Below, piece after piece: positions 30,248 to 32,000 of a DNA stretch of 32,000 bases. The DNA is taken from NCBI GenBank assembly GCA_965229705.1, contig OZ245922.1:240001-272000 (forward strand), written 5' to 3'. The translations under genes and the position numbers were made by a program. The DNA comes from Candidatus Saccharimonadota bacterium (GTDB lineage: Bacteria; Patescibacteriota; Gracilibacteria; BD1-5; UBA6164). Each line of letters begins with the position of its first letter. Position 1 is the stretch's first letter. A model generated the notes under the pieces. That model was not told where the DNA came from. It saw only the letters and a program-made list of their open reading frames with translations, and did not search any database.

Positions 30248-30310
30248 AATAGTAAAACTTCACTTTTTGTAAATGCTTTCGCGCTTGTTCCTGAAAAAAA
30301 AGAGAGATAA

Positions 30311-30339
30311 TTGCCAAGCAAGAAAAAATAGGTTACTAT
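30311..30339 (+). promoter_or_regulatory. sigma70-like promoter candidate TTGCCA-N17-TACTAT
   Basis: TTGCCA at 30311-30316, a 17-nt spacer, TACTAT at 30334-30339, 32 nt upstream of ATG 30371. Confidence 0.35.
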
Positions 30340-30370
30340 ACTCAGAGACTATATCTTATTTATATCTTTT

Positions 30371-30841
30371 ATGGCAAAAGAGAGCGATTTTTTTAGAACA
30401 TTGATGCGAGTGATTGTGTCAGCTTCGATTTATACCCTAATGTTATTGGTTGCGGGCTATATCTTGTATATGACACTGTTTTTGGTATACAAAGTTATAT
30501 CTGCTATCATGATCCATATTTGATACTTATGAGATTTTACAGAATCGGGATTGTCTCAGGCAAGTTCTATGAGTATTATCTTGACAGAGGAGATTTTGAG
30601 TGTGGTAACGATTATTTTAGTATTGGTAAAGTCATTTAAGATACTGATTTCCTACTCAAAACATCATCATATAGAGATCAAACCTCTTGTCGAGATTGCT
30701 ATTATTGCCTTACTGATGGAAGTGGTGTTCAACTTTGGAGCTCATTCTATGGAGATAAATTGGCTTTTCGCTGTTTTTGGTCTCGGGCTTTTAGTCATTT
30801 ATGCAGTTTTTCCATACTTTCGTAAAAAGGTGAAGGCTTAG
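30371..30841 (+). CDS. small multi-pass membrane protein (possibly PsiE-like)
   Basis: ATG 30371 is in frame with fragment 30551..30841 through two TGA codons. Four predicted TM helices. The PsiE-like assignment rests on architecture only and is tentative. Confidence 0.5.
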
Positions 30842-30868
30842 GGAAGTATCTTCCTGTATATGGGCTTT

Positions 30869-30973
30869 TTAGGAAGCTCTGAAAAACAAAAAAATTCTAA
30901 TCCTCTCTGACTCTATCGAGCCATCTCTCCTTTGAAAAAGGAGAGAAAAAGGTGTTTCTCAGAGCTTCCTTAA
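30869..30973 (+). repeat. R4: ~100-bp inverted-repeat-bounded intergenic element
   Basis: TTAGGAAGCTCTGAAAAAC at the left end versus GTTTCTCAGAGCTTCCTTAAC at the right end (17 of 19 positions complementary). Internal hairpins at 30909-30922 and TCTCTCCTT/AAGGAGAGA. Confidence 0.8.
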
Positions 30974-31054
30974 CTACATTTTGTATTTTTGTTGTTACTA
31001 TATAAGAAAAAATATTTGCTAAAAATAAATATTTTATTAAAAATACATTTTTTT

Positions 31055-32000
31055 ATGGCAAATTATCTCATATCTCCTCAGTTAGAGGATAAGATACAAA
31101 GAAGTTGATTGACAGAAAAATATCCTGAACTATCAAAAAAACCTTATCTTTGAGGTCTCCTTCAAGATCAACTTGATGCAGAGATTCTTGATAATCCATA
31201 TGGTCTATCCTCTAGTACTCAGCAATATGTTTTTAGGCTTTTAGACCAAACTTTGTATTGGAATTTTCAAACACGGTGAGATGCTACAGACCTACTTTGA
31301 GATCCTGTATTTCAAAACTATAACTCGAAAGAAGCAGATATATATGATAAATGACTTTGAACATGATGCTTTCTTCCAGATCCTGATGATGAAGATATGG
31401 AATTTGATACAGCAGAGTTATGAAAGTGGGATCAATATGGATTCTCTTCTCAGCTAGAAATGGTAATGAGTTTATCAGCTTATAGAAGTCGGGAAATACT
31501 TAAACAGAAAGAGAATCAGTATGAGTGGAGAAATAGTCAATGAATACGGAGTATTATTACTGCTTGTGTTCATGGAGACCCTAAATTTTATCAGTATGAT
31601 GAAAATTTTTCAGATCGAGTCATTTCTCCCTTTTGAAATGAGGTATGATTCAAACCACAAAAACTCGTTGGAAAAATGTGAATGGTGCATCACTCCCACG
31701 AAATAGGATTTTTTTCTACATTTCTTCGATATGCATATGAATGTGGATATATGAGGAATATTATGTGAGAAAATGGAACAAGGTTTATAGAAGCTTCTCA
31801 AGACCTCCCATCATTTACTGGTTTCTTTTGAGATGCAGGACACTCTTCGTTTTATGATTTTTGAGACTCACTTTTTCGTATGTGTACTCCTATATGATGA
31901 AGTAAGAGTATGAGAAATGTTCATACTCATTCTTTTGCTTCTATATATAGGGGAAAAGACCAAGAAGGAAAATCATTTTATGAGTTTCAAATAGGAGAAA
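31055..32000 (+). CDS. hypothetical protein, N-terminal >=315 aa (runs off the window)
   Basis: The frame of ATG 31055 has no TAA or TAG for 945 nt of AT-rich DNA but contains about 20 TGA codons. I checked every TAA/TAG in the span and all are out of frame. Translation: MANYLISPQLEDKIQRS-G-LTEKYPEL...ACVHGDPKFYQYDENFSDRVISPF-G-NEV-G-FKP...HHSHEIGFF.... Track ORF 31521..31706 is in a different frame. Confidence 0.6.

Noticed and set aside
1-32000. CRISPR arrays, IS elements or transposases, prophage genes, rRNA genes
   Set aside because: No regularly spaced direct repeats were found. After code-25 translation, no transposase-, integrase- or phage-like ORFs appear, and no rRNA-like conserved stretches are present. 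The only repeats are the R family and the A/B element.

Overview
AT-rich bacterial chromosomal segment that only makes sense under translation table 25 (TGA = Gly, as in Gracilibacteria/Absconditabacteria-type candidate phyla). The supplied standard-code ORF track cuts almost every gene at TGA. Re-joining same-frame fragments through TGA puts Gly exactly at invariant glycine positions: ValRS HVGH, ABC Walker A, YchF P-loop, PPK2 FEGRDAAGKGG, the m5C methyltransferase CAAPGGKT, RuvC ILGIDPG, TilS STGADS, UppS RTGGD and Grx4 YIDGELIGG. This gives 33 tightly packed CDS, mostly housekeeping: SPFH protein, BolA+Grx4, PPK2, RuvC, WecB, DprA, DnaB, ValRS, YchF, an rRNA m5C methyltransferase, YgjV, DedA, SecF-ABC exporter-UppS-polyprenyl synthase, TatD, UvrC, a RelE/ParE-type toxin-antitoxin pair, a bPH membrane protein, Xth, GrpE, a secreted 3D-domain peptidoglycan-binding protein, TilS, and several unassigned proteins. 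I found no rRNA, tRNA, CRISPR array or transposase. The unusual content is non-coding. (1) A ~145-nt element occurs twice, each copy starting directly after a stop codon, and the copies differ by compensatory base-pair changes, which suggests a structured RNA. (2) A modular family of ~100-230-bp intergenic elements is bounded by ~19-bp imperfect inverted repeats (core CTCTGAGAAAC...GTTTCTCAGAG), with four copies plus fragments. Their interchangeable cores include a 12-18-bp perfect palindrome (GAGACCGGTCTC, three occurrences) and a GC-rich hairpin/G-quadruplex motif in the valS leader. All protein calls rest on motif recognition by eye; no database search was possible.
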